64,000 nt of DNA, taken from positions 1,364,001 through 1,428,000 of the forward strand of contig OZ024753.1 of NCBI GenBank assembly GCA_964016885.1. The letters run 5' to 3'. This document shows, piece after piece, positions 1-13,187 of this stretch. Origin of the DNA: Eledone cirrhosa (taxonomy: Eukaryota). The number at the start of each line of letters is the position of its first letter. Position 1 is the first letter of the stretch. Position numbers and translations under genes: made by a program. The notes below the pieces were generated by a model. That model saw only the letters and a list, made by a program, of their open reading frames with translations, was not told where the DNA came from and ran no database searches.

Positions 1-351
1 ACTCGGAATTTCAGCGAAAGAAAGGCACGACATAGGACCACACATACTTTATGTGTGGTCCTATATCTTGACATTTAGACATCTGAGGTGCACAGTTATA
101 TAAATATAAATGTACTTTAGTTGTACTAGAAGTGACGTCCGAACGAGTATCCTCCACCACCAACTAACTTTCCCTCTGCATCTGTGTCTCGGCCAACGTG
201 ATGGAGAATGCATTTCCCCGGAGGACAGCGAGGGAGACGTGCTGAAACAGCCACTCCACCTGGCGGGGTTCGCAACCTGCGGGCGGCCAAAGATAACGAT
301 ATATCTATAATCTTACATTTTATTGTATTATTCCAGAACTTTCGTGTAGAG

Positions 352-662
352 CAGTGCTACTCAAAGTGGTGGTCCGTGGACCGGTGCCGGTACGCGAGCC
401 ATCAGCTACCGGTACGCGGGGCCAGTGTCCAGTTCATGCTAAGGAATCATTTGAGGAATTTTTTTTATTACTTTTTTATATGTTTTGATATTGTATTATT
501 TGTTTACAAAATAAATAGAAGATAAAAAAATGGTCAACTATTATTATATTCATTATATATATCGTTTCCGGTATAAATTATTACTACGAAATATTAGCGG
601 TACGTAGCACATTGAAAAAAACAAAATGCCGGTCCGCCACATCAGATAGTTTGAGAAGCACT
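352..662. mobile_element. hAT/Charlie-type MITE
   Basis: Ends CAGTGCTACTCAAA ... TTTGAGAAGCACT, with subterminal CCGGTACGC/CCGGTCCGC motifs. No clean TSD. Confidence 0.65.
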
Positions 663-1060
663 TCTTTACTATTATCACAATGTACTTTCAATGTCTTTCA
701 CTGCTTATCATAGTATTGAGAAGCCGAATTTTACATGAAACTCGATGTATCACTATGTGTTCTTCGCTACCCCCTCTCTGTTACTATATTACTTAGGTTG
801 TTTTATTCGGATCTCAATTTAATCGTTCTTATCAATCCTGTAAGTAGTTATCCACAGCACGGTCGCCGCCGCCATTGTTGTTGTTTTATACCAGATCAAC
901 GCTGATAAGGAAAGGCCGATAATCAAAAGCGTTCCAGCCGATACTACTCTGAAGTCTTTGTAGACCCAGGTCAACCGTTATCTAAAGTGGCCATTGAAAT
1001 ATATATAGTGTTTTTGCAACAATGAAACTTGAAAGAAACAGTCCGGCCTCCTGTTATTTT

Positions 1061-1222
1061 AATAATTGTTTCTACTTTAGGCACAAGGCCAGCAATTACC
1101 CAGTGCATTACTGGTACTTTATTTTATCGACCTCGTAAGGATGAAAGGCGAGTCAACCTTGGCGGGATTTGAACTCAGATCGTAAAGGGACGTAACTATG
1201 CATGGCGTCCGACCCTCTACCG

Positions 1223-1225
<3 letters not shown>
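1061..1225 (-). mobile_element. tRNA-derived SINE family A
   Basis: B-box GAGTTCAAATCC on the minus strand, plus the family core CCTTTCATCCTTACG(G/A)GGTCGATAAAATAAAGTACCAG and tail GCTGGCCTTGTGCC.AAAGTAGAAACAATTAT. Confidence 0.85.
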
Positions 1226-1263
<38 letters not shown>

Positions 1264-1414
1264 ATACTTTGGGAGGGTCATGTTGCCAATAAGAAACACA
1301 CGCACCAGTTGCTTTCACTTCAATTTAATTTAATATATATTTATAAATTTACAAATTTATAAATTTCTGGTTGGTTGGTTGGTTCCACAACCAGATAGTT
1401 GTTTATATATATAT

Positions 1415-1459
1415 AGTCATAGTTCTTTCGTCACACACTCTGTGACCTCTTCAGTGACT
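1415..1459 (-). ncRNA. Minimal type-I hammerhead ribozyme (mirror copy in the palindrome arm)
   Basis: Reverse complement of 1564-1608. Confidence 0.72.
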
Positions 1460-1563
1460 GGGGATTTCTTTCTTCGTTTCTGTGCCTTTCCTTTCTTCTA
1501 TCCTACGCCATTTTGCGTAGGATAGAAGAAAGGAAAGGCACAGAAACGAAGAAAGAAATCCCC

Positions 1564-1608
1564 AGTCACTGAAGAGGTCACAGAGTGTGTGACGAAAGAA
1601 CTATGACT
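1564..1608 (+). ncRNA. Minimal type-I hammerhead ribozyme
   Basis: AGUCA-CUGAAGA-G-GUCACA(GAGUG)UGUGAC-GAAAG(AA)CUA^UGACU: stem I AGUCA/UGACU, core boxes CUGANGA and GAAA, 6-bp stem II, very short stem III, CUA cleavage triplet. Confidence 0.75.
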
Positions 1609-1821
1609 ATATATATATAAACAACTATCTGGTTGTGGAACCAACCAACCAACCAGAAATTTATAAATTTGTAAATTTATAAATATATATTAAATTAAAT
1701 TGAAGTGAAAGCAACTGGTGCGTGTGTTTCTTATTGGCAACATGACCCTCCCAAAGTATAACAATATCGGTTTCAACACACGATTTCAGATAAAGAATCT
1801 TGCTAAACAAATTCAGAAACG

Positions 1822-1865
<44 letters not shown>

Positions 1866-2178
1866 CGAATTAGCTGGTCCGGCTCTCTGAGTACTAATAC
1901 TGCCGAGGTCAACTTTGCTATTCATCCTTTCCAGGTCGATAAAAAAAAGTACCAGTTTAGTACTGGGGTCGATTCTTCTTCTCTCTCACTCTTCCTCTGG
2001 AAGAAATCTGCTGTACTCAGGCCTGGGGAGGGACGGGTGCCGCCAGGTTAAAAATGACTACGACTCTATTAGGAGTTGCAGGACCATACATACATACATA
2101 CATACATACATACATACATACATACATACATACATACATACATACATACATACATACATACATACATACACACACACA

Positions 2179-2222
<44 letters not shown>

Positions 2223-2231
2223 CACATACAT

Positions 2232-2265
<34 letters not shown>

Positions 2266-2293
2266 GCACACATACATACATACATATATAGAC

Positions 2294-2498
2294 AGTCGAT
2301 CGACTTTCATCAAATCGGACCGACGAAGCAATGTTTCCATTGGTCTTTCCAATTGCTAATACTATCTATCATTCGCAAATCCAGGTAAAAAGAGCAACGT
2401 GAAATAAAGTGTCTTGCTCAAGGACATAACGCATCGCCCGGTCCGGGAATCGAAATCACTACCTCACGATTGCGCATCCTACTCAGCCATGCGCCTTA
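2294..2498 (-). mobile_element. tRNA-derived SINE family B
   Basis: Minus-strand head AAGGCGCATGGCTGAG...TTCGATTCCCGG, then GTCCTTGAGCAAGACACTTTATTTCACG. Other copies at about 6705-6860(+), 20463-20667(-), 51192-51337(-), 57996-58200(-) and 63770-63855(-). Confidence 0.8.
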
Positions 2499-2504
2499 TA
2501 TATA

Positions 2505-3323
2505 TACGAGGTGTGTCAGAAAAGTTCCAGGACTGATGTCAAAAGATTTATTTCAAACCCAAACTTCACACTAAGAGTTTTCTCCTTCAAAGGAATCCCC
2601 CTGGAGTCTAATGGACTTTTCCATCCTTTTCTGTCACGCTTGCATGCACTCCTGGAAGGATTCTTCCAGGATCCTCCGCAGATCCGTCGTCACAGCCTTT
2701 TTGATGTCGTCCACGTCTTCAAAACGGGTCCCCTCCGGGTTGTACTCGAAGATCCATGACTCATCACCGGTGGTGACTGTCCCTAGAAAGTCTGGTTCGG
2801 TTTCAAGACGCTCGAGGATGTCCTGGCACACTTGCATGCGTCGACCCTTCTGGTCATCGTTCAGCAGTTTTGGCACCATCTTCGCGCAGACTTTCCGCAT
2901 GTCCAAATCTTCAGTGAGAATCTTCCAGACGATTCATGCCCAGCTCATTTGACATCAGTCGAACAGTCAGCCGACCTCAGTCATGGTTGTTGAGGGCCTT
3001 CCACTCATGGGGTCATCTTCCACGTCCTCGCGTGACATCGTCTCATCTCCATACAATTGCTGCAGCAATCCCAGTGCTTCTGACGGAGTTTTCCCCAACC
3101 GTACCAGAAACTTCAAGTTTGTTCGTTGCTCTGTGTTCATTGCTTGACGACAGAGGACATGTATATTAAATTATGAAGAAAAAAGTTTGATCGCTGCAGA
3201 GAGCAAAGATTACAGTTACATACTCCAGGGGGATTACTTTGAAGGAGAAAACTCTTAGTGTGAAGTTTTGCTTTGAAATAAATCTTTTGTAACATCAGTC
3301 CTGGAACTTTTCTGACACACCTC

Positions 3324-3326
<3 letters not shown>
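2505..3326 (-). mobile_element. Internally deleted mariner (DD34D-type) transposon remnant
   Basis: TIRs (T/C)ACGAGGTGTGTCAGAAAAGTTCCAGGACTGATGT with TA flanks. Minus-strand transposase pieces: MNTEQRTNLKFLVRLGKTPSEAL, GRPST, MRKVCAKMVPKLL, TGDESWIFEYNPE, RFEDVDDIK. Confidence 0.9.
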
Positions 3327-3367
<41 letters not shown>

Positions 3368-3523
3368 TGAAGTAAAAGTTAAGTGGAAATATCCAAGAGT
3401 TAGAGCACTCAGTCCATAAGACGAGTATAGTATAAATAATTACAACAGTGACACTAATAGCCCCAGGCTGAAAAAATTGGGGTCCAGTACCCAACGAAAC
3501 TTGAGTACCTGTTTATGTCACTT

Positions 3524-3646
<123 letters not shown>

Positions 3647-3980
3647 TGCACACGTACTCACTCGGACACGCACACAATCTAAAGATGTGATGAAAATCTT
3701 CTCTGCCAAGCCTTAAGCTGGTGACCTCAGAATATTACGTGTCAGAGACAGACGCTCGTTAATGCTGTTTCTAATTCTTTTTTTCACTCTTCTTATATAA
3801 TCGCGCGTCTATGAATCTCATGCATCTTGTTCTTTGTTTTCTTATTTCCTAATCTTCTGCTAGTCACTTCTCTTTCTGTGTCATGTTAAAATTAATTACA
3901 ACAACGTTGGTTTGCTTTACATCGTTCATCACAATACCAGATTACAGCCAAGGGGAATAGGGAAACAACCAACAGCAATA

Positions 3981-4598
3981 TGGTGGTGGTGGTGGTGCTA
4001 GTGGTGGTGGTGATCGTGGTGGTGGTGGTGGTGGTGGTGCTGGTAGTGGTGATGGTGGTGCTAGTGGTGGTGGTGCTGGTAGTGGTGATGGTGGTGCTAG
4101 TGCTGGTGGTGGTGGTGGTGGTGGTGCTAGTAGTGGTGGTGCTGGTAGTGGTGATGGTGGTGCTAGTGGTGGTGGTGCTGGTAGTGGTGATGGTGGTGCT
4201 AGTGCTGGTGGTGGTTGTGGTGCTAGTGGTGGTGGTGCTGGTAGTGGTGATGGTGGTGCTAGTGGTGGTGGTGCTGGTAGTGGTGATGGTGGTGCTAGTG
4301 CTGGTGGTGGTGGTGGTGGTTGTGGTGCTAGTGGTGCTAGTGGTGGTGGTGGTGCTAGTGGTGGTGGTGCTGGTAGTGGTGATGGTGGTGCTAGTGCTGA
4401 TGGTGCTAGTGGTGGGGGAGGGGTGTGTGCTAGTGGTGGTGATGGTGATGCTAGTGGTGGAGGTGCTAGTAGTGGTGGTGGTGATGGGGGTGCTGGTGAT
4501 GGTGAAGGGGGTGCTAGTGGTGGTGGTGATGGTGTTAGTGGTGATGATGGTGGTGGTAATGATGATGGCGATGATGATGATAGTGATGATGATAATGA
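3981..4598. repeat. (GGT)n-based compound microsatellite
   Basis: GGT/GCT/AGT/GAT triplets. Confidence 0.95.
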
Positions 4599-4737
4599 TA
4601 TCTTTTGTTTACAAGGGCGATGCTTATGGTGACAGGTTACAAAAATGGAGATTTTACATTTGAAAAAAACAAAGGGGGGTGGATTGGTAAAGTCGTTAGG
4701 ACATGGAGTAGAATGCCTTGTAGTATTTGCTCTGGCT

Positions 4738-4954
4738 ATGGTGGTGGATTGACAGAATCGGTAGAGAATCGGACAACGTGCTTTACGGCATATAGTTACG
4801 GCCCTTTACGTTCTGAGTTCAAATCCCACCGAGGTTAGCTTTGCCTTTCATCCTTACGGGGTAGATAAAATAAAGTACCAGTAATGCACTGAAGTCGATT
4901 TATTCGACTTTCCCCTCCTCCATAATTGCTGGCCTTGTGCCTAAATGAGAAACC
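4738..4954 (+). mobile_element. SINE family A, full length, nested in an older copy (about 4677-5060)
   Basis: A-box/B-box head; 16-bp TSD AGTATTTGCTCTGGCT at 4722-4737 and 4955-4970. Confidence 0.85.
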
Positions 4955-5171
4955 AGTATTTGCTCTGGCTCACTGAGCTTTCAGTTCAAATCCTGTCAAG
5001 ATCAACTTTGCCTTTTATCCTTTCGCGGTCGATAAAAAAAATACCACTTCAGTACTGGGACCAGCTCTTTCTCATTTCCTTTCTTTAGCCCCTTTTCGTG
5101 AAGGAGAATCAGCTGCGTTCAGACCTGGAGAGGGATAGGCTCCGAAACTCCATCAGGAGTTACGGAACCAT

Positions 5172-5211
<40 letters not shown>

Positions 5212-5214
<3 letters not shown>

Positions 5215-6085
5215 CATTTCCACATCAACAGTGACATAGACTGTGACACATACTTGAAACTTAAGCAGGGAAGCAGAGGCCTAACATCTGCCTAGACAAC
5301 ATTTGACTGTCGCATCATATCCCTCCAGCAACACCTACGAACTTCCAAGCGTAGGAGCTCCTCTATTGAGCAACTCGGTCTGCGTGGGACAGATAAGATC
5401 ATGAGAGTTGGGAAGGAACTCTTTGAAATATACTCCCCGCATGATAATCCAAAACTCATACCACAGTGAAATCATGAATGAAAAACCAAGCTTATCAGCA
5501 AAATGTAATCCATAGATATGTTGCCAAGAGGCTCCAGAGTGAGAGTAATATAAATAAGTAAAGTAGTCTATCTTGGACCAACAATCGCTATGTTGGCTCT
5601 CAGTTTCGCAATCCAAGAACAGGAAATCAATACGAAATACCTGATTCACAAAAGAGATAGGGATGCAGGTAAAACACTAGATGTAACAACAAATGCAGAC
5701 TCTGCAGAATTGACATCGAAGATGTCACCCATGTCATGAGCAGCTGTCTAAAAATGTCATCACGGTAGTATCTACCTCTGAGGAATCATGTAGTGGCCAA
5801 AACTCTATATAAGGCAATCCGTAGAAAAGATAGACCCGACAATAAACATATTAAAAGTTACAGCAATGTGGAAGACATATACATTACATAATATGAAAGA
5901 GTACTGGTGGAATGTTCCAGTCAAATGCAAGCATAACAGACCAGATATAATGCTATGGGACAGGGAAAGAAGGCATGCACGGTAGTGGAAGTTAGCTGCC
6001 CAGCAGATGCCGATATAATATTAAAGATTAGCGAAAAGGAGAATATTTATGCAGAGCTAATGAGGAATCTGCAGATTACTCCCAG
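5212..6085 (+). mobile_element. R4/Dong-clade (RLE) non-LTR retrotransposon 3' fragment, degenerate
   Basis: FHINSDID..YLKLKQGSRGL (RT thumb), KCRLC..IEDVTHVMSSC (CCHC knuckle), KHNRPDIMLWDR and VEVSCPAD...KISEKENIY (PD-D/ExK nuclease), with stops and frameshifts. Abuts (CA)n. Confidence 0.8.
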
Positions 6086-7046
6086 AGAAAAAGAGAGGAC
6101 CTATGGATGAATAGATTGCAGCCTCTATCTTGAATCTCAACCCTAACTTAAATATCTGTTTTATATAGTTTTGTACAAAATATAATACATAGTTTATTGA
6201 GATCAATAAATAAATTACTGCACATCTTTGCTACGTAGTAGCATATCGGAAATATCCAAAGCGGTGGAGAGGGTAGTATGGTGTTATCACCCGTAACATG
6301 AACTAATCTTGGTGATTGAGTACTGCGTTGTAGAAAATACAGGATGTAAATTTTCTTCAGCGTAAGAACTGTCAAAAACTAGGTTTTTCAACTTGCCGAA
6401 TTGTAAGCATACAATGAGGAAAGTATTTAAAGAAACACGGATTAAAATTAATAAATAGGGGGGAGATAAAAAGAAAGATAGAAGAGGGTGGGGATTAAAT
6501 AGTGAAAACTAAGAAGGGAAAGGGGGGTTGGGCGGTACATCTCAGCTGCACCCTGCGGACAAAAGTATTGTCGCGGTGACATTCGTTACTTCACTTAAAA
6601 CATTTTTTTAAATATATGCGAGAATGGGGCGCATATTATAGAGCTAAACTAGGGCACTAAACACTCAGGTGCTGACCCTGACTACTAATGTTGCCTAACC
6701 ATGAGACGCGTGACTTAGTGGTTAGAGAGTTGTGTTCTTGAGCGAGACACTTTATTTTACGTTGCTCCTTCTGCCAGGAGTTGCGACCGATAGATAGTAT
6801 CAGTAATGATAAGACCAATGAAAACAAAAGTTTCCTTGGTCTGATTTGACGAGGTCCACCCCACTCGGCAAGCGAATGATGTTTGGGATCTTGTCGATCG
6901 ATTAGAGAGCGATGAAACTCTACGGTATTTAAAAACATCTGTGAAAAACTACAGTATTTATCCACAACATTCCCCTGGGGTATTCCCCTCAGCTATGTTG
7001 TCTTCCACGAAGAGTTTGTCACTCAACCGTAGAACCTGTAAACATA

Positions 7047-7371
7047 CAGGGTGGTCCGAAAGTTTTGTCACCCCTTGTCACATATTTCATTATTTTTTTT
7101 TAATAATATAATATATAATATCATTAATTCTAATATATAATAATAATAATAAATAATAATAATGATAATAATAATATAATTTTCTATTTCAGATGGCTGA
7201 CATGAGCTCCTACAGTTTGGAAGTGTATGGACACATGATCGTGTGCATTCTGGCAAGAGCATGTGCGAGATGATTTCACTGCAAGATTCAGCAAACCAGC
7301 TCCGCCGAAGGGAACATAAACTGTTTCTCATTACTTTTTGGTAGGGGTGACAAGACTTTCGGACCACCCTG
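7047..7371. mobile_element. Tc1-type non-autonomous element
   Basis: TIRs CAGGGTGGTCCGAAAGT(T/C)TTGTCACCCCT with a TA TSD on both sides. Confidence 0.85.
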
Positions 7372-8269
7372 TACATCTCGTGTACAACTCTTATTATAAT
7401 TGCAATTTTGCCAAAATAAAAATTGAAACATTTTCAATATGGCGCTTTGTTGTGTTTACAACAAAGAAGTGGAGTTTCCTTAATTATTTTTCTATTTCTC
7501 GACGTCGTCGTCATCGTTGTTTAATTCCAGACCAGTTCTGACCGGGAAGATTTAATCATGACCATTCTCTTCATTGTGTTTGTTTTTCAGCAATGCTGTA
7601 TCTAGGAGCTATATTATTCAATGTATTATTACCCCTTTTTAAAACTAGATTAAGGTAAATGTGTTTGCTATTTCCAGCTGGTCGAGAGATTACGTGGTAG
7701 GTTACTTGTTGGTCCGCCATTTGCATTATTAAACAGGGATAATTTTAAGATTGCGATTAGCCAAGTTTCAGTTCGACATTTGAAACCCATGTCACTGTAA
7801 ACATTCTCACTGGCATTTATTCGTATCCTATGAATCCCAGGATTTTAGCAGATCCCATAATACGCCAGAATAATTAACAATTTGAATATTTAAGGAAAGG
7901 GCAATTTGAAAATGATGTTAATGAGAACAAACTTCAGGTTTTACCTTATTCCTTTTACACCAAGGCCACTTTGGTACCCATTACTGTCAGAAATTCCTGT
8001 CTTACCTCCTCCACATGTTATTGTGCATCTGGCACCACCTATACGCCAATTTTGTTGACCTGGGTGGGATTTGAACTTAGAGCGTAGAGAAGAATACTGC
8101 AAAACATTCCTACGGCGACATTCTAACGAGTTTACCATTTCGCCGGGAGGTGGCGGTAGTAATGGTAAAATGGAAGACGAACAGCAGTGCAACAGTGGTG
8201 GGAGTGTACGCGTCATCGTCGTCGGCGGCGACGGGCGGCGGCGGCGTACGTGTCATTGTTGGTGGTGGC

Positions 8270-8637
8270 GCCAGTGTACGTGTTGTAGTTGGTGGTGGTG
8301 GCGGTGGTGGTGTACGTGTTATTGTTGGTGGCGGTGGCGCAGTGTACGTGTTGTAGTTGGTGGCGGTGTACGTGTACGTGTTGGCGGTGGTGGTGGCGGT
8401 GTACGTGTTGGTGGTGGTGGTGTACGTGTTGGTGGTGGTGGAGTACGTGTTGGTGGTGGTGGTGTACGTGTTGGTGGTGGTGGTGTACGTGTTGGCGGTG
8501 GTGGTGGCGGTGTACGTGTTGGTGGTGGTGGTGTACGTGTTGGTGGTGGTGGAGTACGTGTTGGTGGTGGTGGTGTACGTGTTGGTGGTGGTGGTGTACG
8601 TGTTGGTGGTGGTGGTGTACGTGTTGGTGGTGGTGGT
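8270..8637. repeat. 21-bp minisatellite GTACGTGTTGGTGGTGGTGGT
   Basis: Direct tandem repeats. Confidence 0.9.
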
Positions 8638-8940
8638 AAAAGAAGATTAAAAATCATATTGGTGGTAAAATGTAAGACTAAGAATGGTGGTGAAAAGTGA
8701 CCTATTTTTGGCTTGGTGTGTATGGGGGGGGGGGGGGCGATCGGCGTGTTTCATCCATTAAAAGATCACTCTAGCGTTTTATCTATTCCCTGATCCAACA
8801 ACAGGGCTCCTTTGTCTGGAAACGGTACGTAACTCACCGAAGACCTCCCCCCACACACACAACTCGACATCATCTCCTCTTTAACTCACCCCACCATACC
8901 ACACATATCCCTACAACATAACCTGTACATACCACACTCC

Positions 8941-9957
8941 ACCACACAATATAACCCTCAACACACAATATAAGCCCTACATAGCCCTCAACACACAATA
9001 TAAGCCCTACATAGCCCTTAACACACAATATAAGCCCTACATAGCCCTCAATACACAATATAAGCCCTACATAGCCCTCAATACACAATATAAGCCCTAC
9101 ATAGCCCTCAACACACAATATAAGCCCTACATAGCCCTTAACACACAATATAAGCCCTACATAGCCCTCAATACACAATATAAGCCCTACATAGCCCTCA
9201 ACACACAATATAAGCCCTACATAGCCCTCAATACACAATATAAGCCCTACATAGCCCTCAACACACAATATAAGCCCTACATAGCCCTTAACACACAATA
9301 TAAGCCCTACATAGCCCTCAATACACAATATAAGCCCTACATAGCCCTCAATACACAATATAAGCCCTACATAGCCCTCAATACACAATATAAGCCCTAC
9401 ATAGCCCTCAATACACAATATAAGCCCTACATAGCCCCTAACACACAATATAAGCCCTACATAGCCCCTAACACACAATATAAGCCCTACATAGCCCCCA
9501 ACACACAATATAAGCCCTACATTGCCCTTAACACACAATATAAGCCCTACATAGCCCTCAACACACAATATAAGCCCTACATTGCCCTTAACACACAATA
9601 TAAGCCCTACATAGCCCTCAACACACAATATAAGCCCTACATAGCCCTCAACACACAATATAAGCCCTACATAGCCCTCAACACACAATATAAGCCCTAC
9701 ATTGCCCTCAACACACAATATAAGCCCTACATAGCCCTCAACACACAATATAAGCCCTACATAGCCCTCAACAGACAATATAAGCCGTACATAGCCCTCA
9801 ACAGACAATATAAGCCGTACATAGCCCTCAACACACAATATAAGCCCTACATAGCCCTCAACACACAATATAAGCCCTACATAGCCCTCAACACACAATA
9901 TAAGCCCTACATAGCCCTCAACACACAATATAATCCCTACATAGCCCTCAATACACT
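8941..9957. repeat. 30-bp minisatellite ACACACAATATAAGCCCTACATAGCCCTCA, about 33-34 copies
   Basis: Highly homogeneous tandem array. Confidence 0.97.
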
Positions 9958-10989
9958 CCAATATAAAACGCTACATACCTCACCTATATATAATCTATTT
10001 CCCTGGGGACACAAGTTTGTCGGGATTTTTTTAAATCATTTATTTATTTATATTATTTTATTGACTAAAAAATGTTTGTTTTTCTCTTAAGGGGGGGGGG
10101 TATGTTACCAACTGTGATTTTGGCAGTTTGGTGTATGGTTTAAGTGTGTTTGTTGCGCCATATTCTACCTCAATTATACACACACACAGATACACACACA
10201 TCCATACACTCACACACATTTACTCACACAGACACACACATCCATACACACACACACATATCATTACACATTTACATTTACACACATACGCACGCACACA
10301 CACACACACACACATCCATATATGCACACATACACACACACACACACACACACTCTTACATCTCCACACGAAGTCTTTCATTTCGTCTCCTGATGAAACC
10401 ATACTATAGCTTTCTTTCTCCATCCCTCTCACCCCTCCACCTCTATCTATCTATGTCTCTCCCTACCTCTATCTATCTACCTATCTATCTAGTCTCTCCC
10501 TCCCTACCTCTCTCTACCTACCCATCTATCTATGTCTCTCCCCACTTCTCTATCTATTTGTCTCTCCCCACCTCTCTCTCTATCTATCTAGTCTCTCCCC
10601 ACCTCTCTCTTTCTATCTCCCCACCTCTATCTCCCTACCTCTATCTCCGTGTAATACACTACACAGACCACCAGTGGTGTCCCACTACCCTAACTAAATA
10701 TCACTGAACCATGTCCAGTGTACTCAAGTATCTCCTCTGTCGTCTCTGTCAGCATTTATCAAACGTTTCGTTTGAAACTCTGAAAATATGATCTATTACT
10801 TACATCACCGTCTTACTGGCAGGGGGGGGGGGGGGGCAGGGGTGATGTGATGGAATGAGAGAGAGGCTAAAAGATATAGATATGCACATACCTATATATA
10901 TATACACACACCTATATATATATATACACACCTATATATATATACACATGCCTATATATATATATATATATATGGCAAATAAAAGAAAC

Positions 10990-11022
<33 letters not shown>

Positions 11023-11113
11023 TATATATATCGATGGGGGGAGACGAGAGACAGAAAGATATATATGAAGGATAGATTATATATATAGAGAGAGAGGGGA
11101 GGGAGCAAGTGAG

Positions 11114-11156
<43 letters not shown>

Positions 11157-11454
11157 AGAAATGTTTTCAAAAAAATACAAAATAACTTGAAGAATGAAAA
11201 TATCTTAATATATTTTAAACACGTGTCTTTGTAAGAATAGTATTGAATAACAACATGTAAAGTTTGTATTATTACTACTGCTGCTGATACTACTGCTGCT
11301 GCTGCTACTACTACTGCTGCTGCTGCTACTACTACTATTGCTGTTGCTACTACTACTACTACTACCACGACCACTACCGCAGAATGTGTCGCAGCTAAAA
11401 TATCGATCATTTGTATATTGTCCCTGGCAGAGAATTGTATCCCTTAGCGAAGAA

Positions 11455-11602
11455 TAAATCGACCCCAGTGCATTACTGGTACTTTATTTTATCGACCCCG
11501 TTAGGGTGAAAGGCAAAGCTAACCTCGGCGGGATTTGAACTCAGAACGTAAAGGGCCATAACACTATGTCGCAAAGCATATTGTCCGACGCTCTACTGAT
11601 AC
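11455..11602 (-). mobile_element. SINE family A
   Basis: Same core and B-box. Confidence 0.8.
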
Positions 11603-12611
11603 TGGGAGCCGACTAATGAACTTTGATATCTATTATGTAAAATATGTTAAATAAATAACAAAATTTGAGAAATGACTCTTTAAGCGAAAAATGACTTACA
11701 TTTCTTTCAAATCGCCCATTATCATCTTAAACTAGGGAAAGACACAGTGGCTGATGTATTCCTATGTACAGAGGCATAACTAGGGAAAATAGCGCCTATG
11801 GCAAGCAGTGAAAATGCGCCCCTGCCCAGCACTGTATTTTAACCTATGGACCTAATAATATATATATAAATAGTTTAATGATCCAGCCGCCATAGTGCTT
11901 CCCATCCATGATAATCAGAGACAGATCATACGAGAGCTTATCTAACTGTAATAGTCCAAGAAGCATCCACCTTCAAGTGGCACCCACTGCACGTGCCATG
12001 CTTGCCCTACCCTAGTTACGCCTCAGCCTATATACACTATGTCTGGGGAGTGTGGGGGCGGGGGTCGAATAAAATGCGTTGTTGTATTTTTCCGGTTCTC
12101 TGCGCTTTGAGTTTAAATTCCATCGAAGTCAACTTTGCTTTCATCCTTTCGAACTCGATAAATAAAATACTGACGTTGATTCTTCTCTCTCTTCTCTTCC
12201 ACTCTTCCATAATTGGCTATAATCGATAAGATGTCTTGTAGAAGAAGAAAATCACCCAAAAGGAAGACAATTGGAACCCACGATTGTGTTCTCAAGAAAA
12301 TTCCATGACAAAAACTATGGGTCCCGAGGATTGTTCGTCCATCTAATGCAGAGGTTCTCAAAATTTTTGGCCTCCGCCCCGCCTCATGGTCAAGTAATAC
12401 CCTCAGCGACCCCAGCCTATACACCAATTGTAAATAAAATATAATAAATAAAATCGTTAATTTTTATATAATGAATAATATAATATATACTATGTATAAA
12501 TAAATATATATTTTTTATTTTACTATATATGTATCATTTGATATTTAATATACTATTATATCATATATATACAATACTATAATAATATTATAGATAATAA
12601 ATTTAAAACAA

Positions 12612-12856
12612 GTACAACTGTGGCTAAAATGACTCTTGCATGTTGTAATTCTTTTAGTTTCAACACAGTCTCAGATCAAGTCACTTGTCAGACATGTACA
12701 ACTGTGGCTAATATGCCTCTTGCGTGTTTTAGTTTCAACACAGCCTCAGATCAAGTCACTTGCCAGACATATACAACTGTGGCTAATATGCCTCTTCTAC
12801 ATTGTAATTGCTTTACTTCAGTACACAGTCTCAGATCAAGTCACTTACCATACAAT
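12612..12856. repeat. Three tandem copies of a ~76-84-bp unit
   Basis: TACAACTGTGGCTAA...CAGATCAAGTCACTT three times. Confidence 0.85.
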
Positions 12857-13187
12857 TACAACTCCGAAATTTCAAGCTTAACTCTTTAGCATTTACATTG
12901 CTCTATATTTACTACTGAATTTTCACGGTCAAGGCTTTATCTCACATAATTATCCCACATAATATCGAATATACGAGATTTTGATATTATTTATTTTGAG
13001 AACAATACCTTAACCTAGTTCCGGCCAGTGTGAACAGAAAGAGGTGAGAGAATTCTGGCTGGATTCGGCCGGTTTAAATGTTAAAGGGTTAATCGATGAC
13101 ACGTCTTTGTACAAAATATATTTTCGGTCATGTTCCCGTTGAAAGAATCTAGATTAACTGGTCTACTTACTGTAGGTTTCTTTAAAG

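Larger units (their letters stand above)
1256..1825. mobile_element. Penelope-like element end fragment with a 253-bp inverted duplication, inserted in (TA)n
   Basis: Arms 1256-1508 and 1515-1767 are reverse complements around a 6-nt loop (CATTTT). A unique tail runs to about 1825, with (TA)n on both sides. Contains a hammerhead motif. Confidence 0.7.

Noticed and set aside
3980-4663. Poly-Val ORF, and the Gly/Pro-rich ORFs at 8071-8700
   Set aside because: Triplet microsatellite and minisatellite translations.
8870-9961. 363-aa ORF of repeated EGYVGLILCV
   Set aside because: It is the translation of a 30-bp minisatellite that happens to lack stops in one frame; there is no non-repeat domain or splice context.
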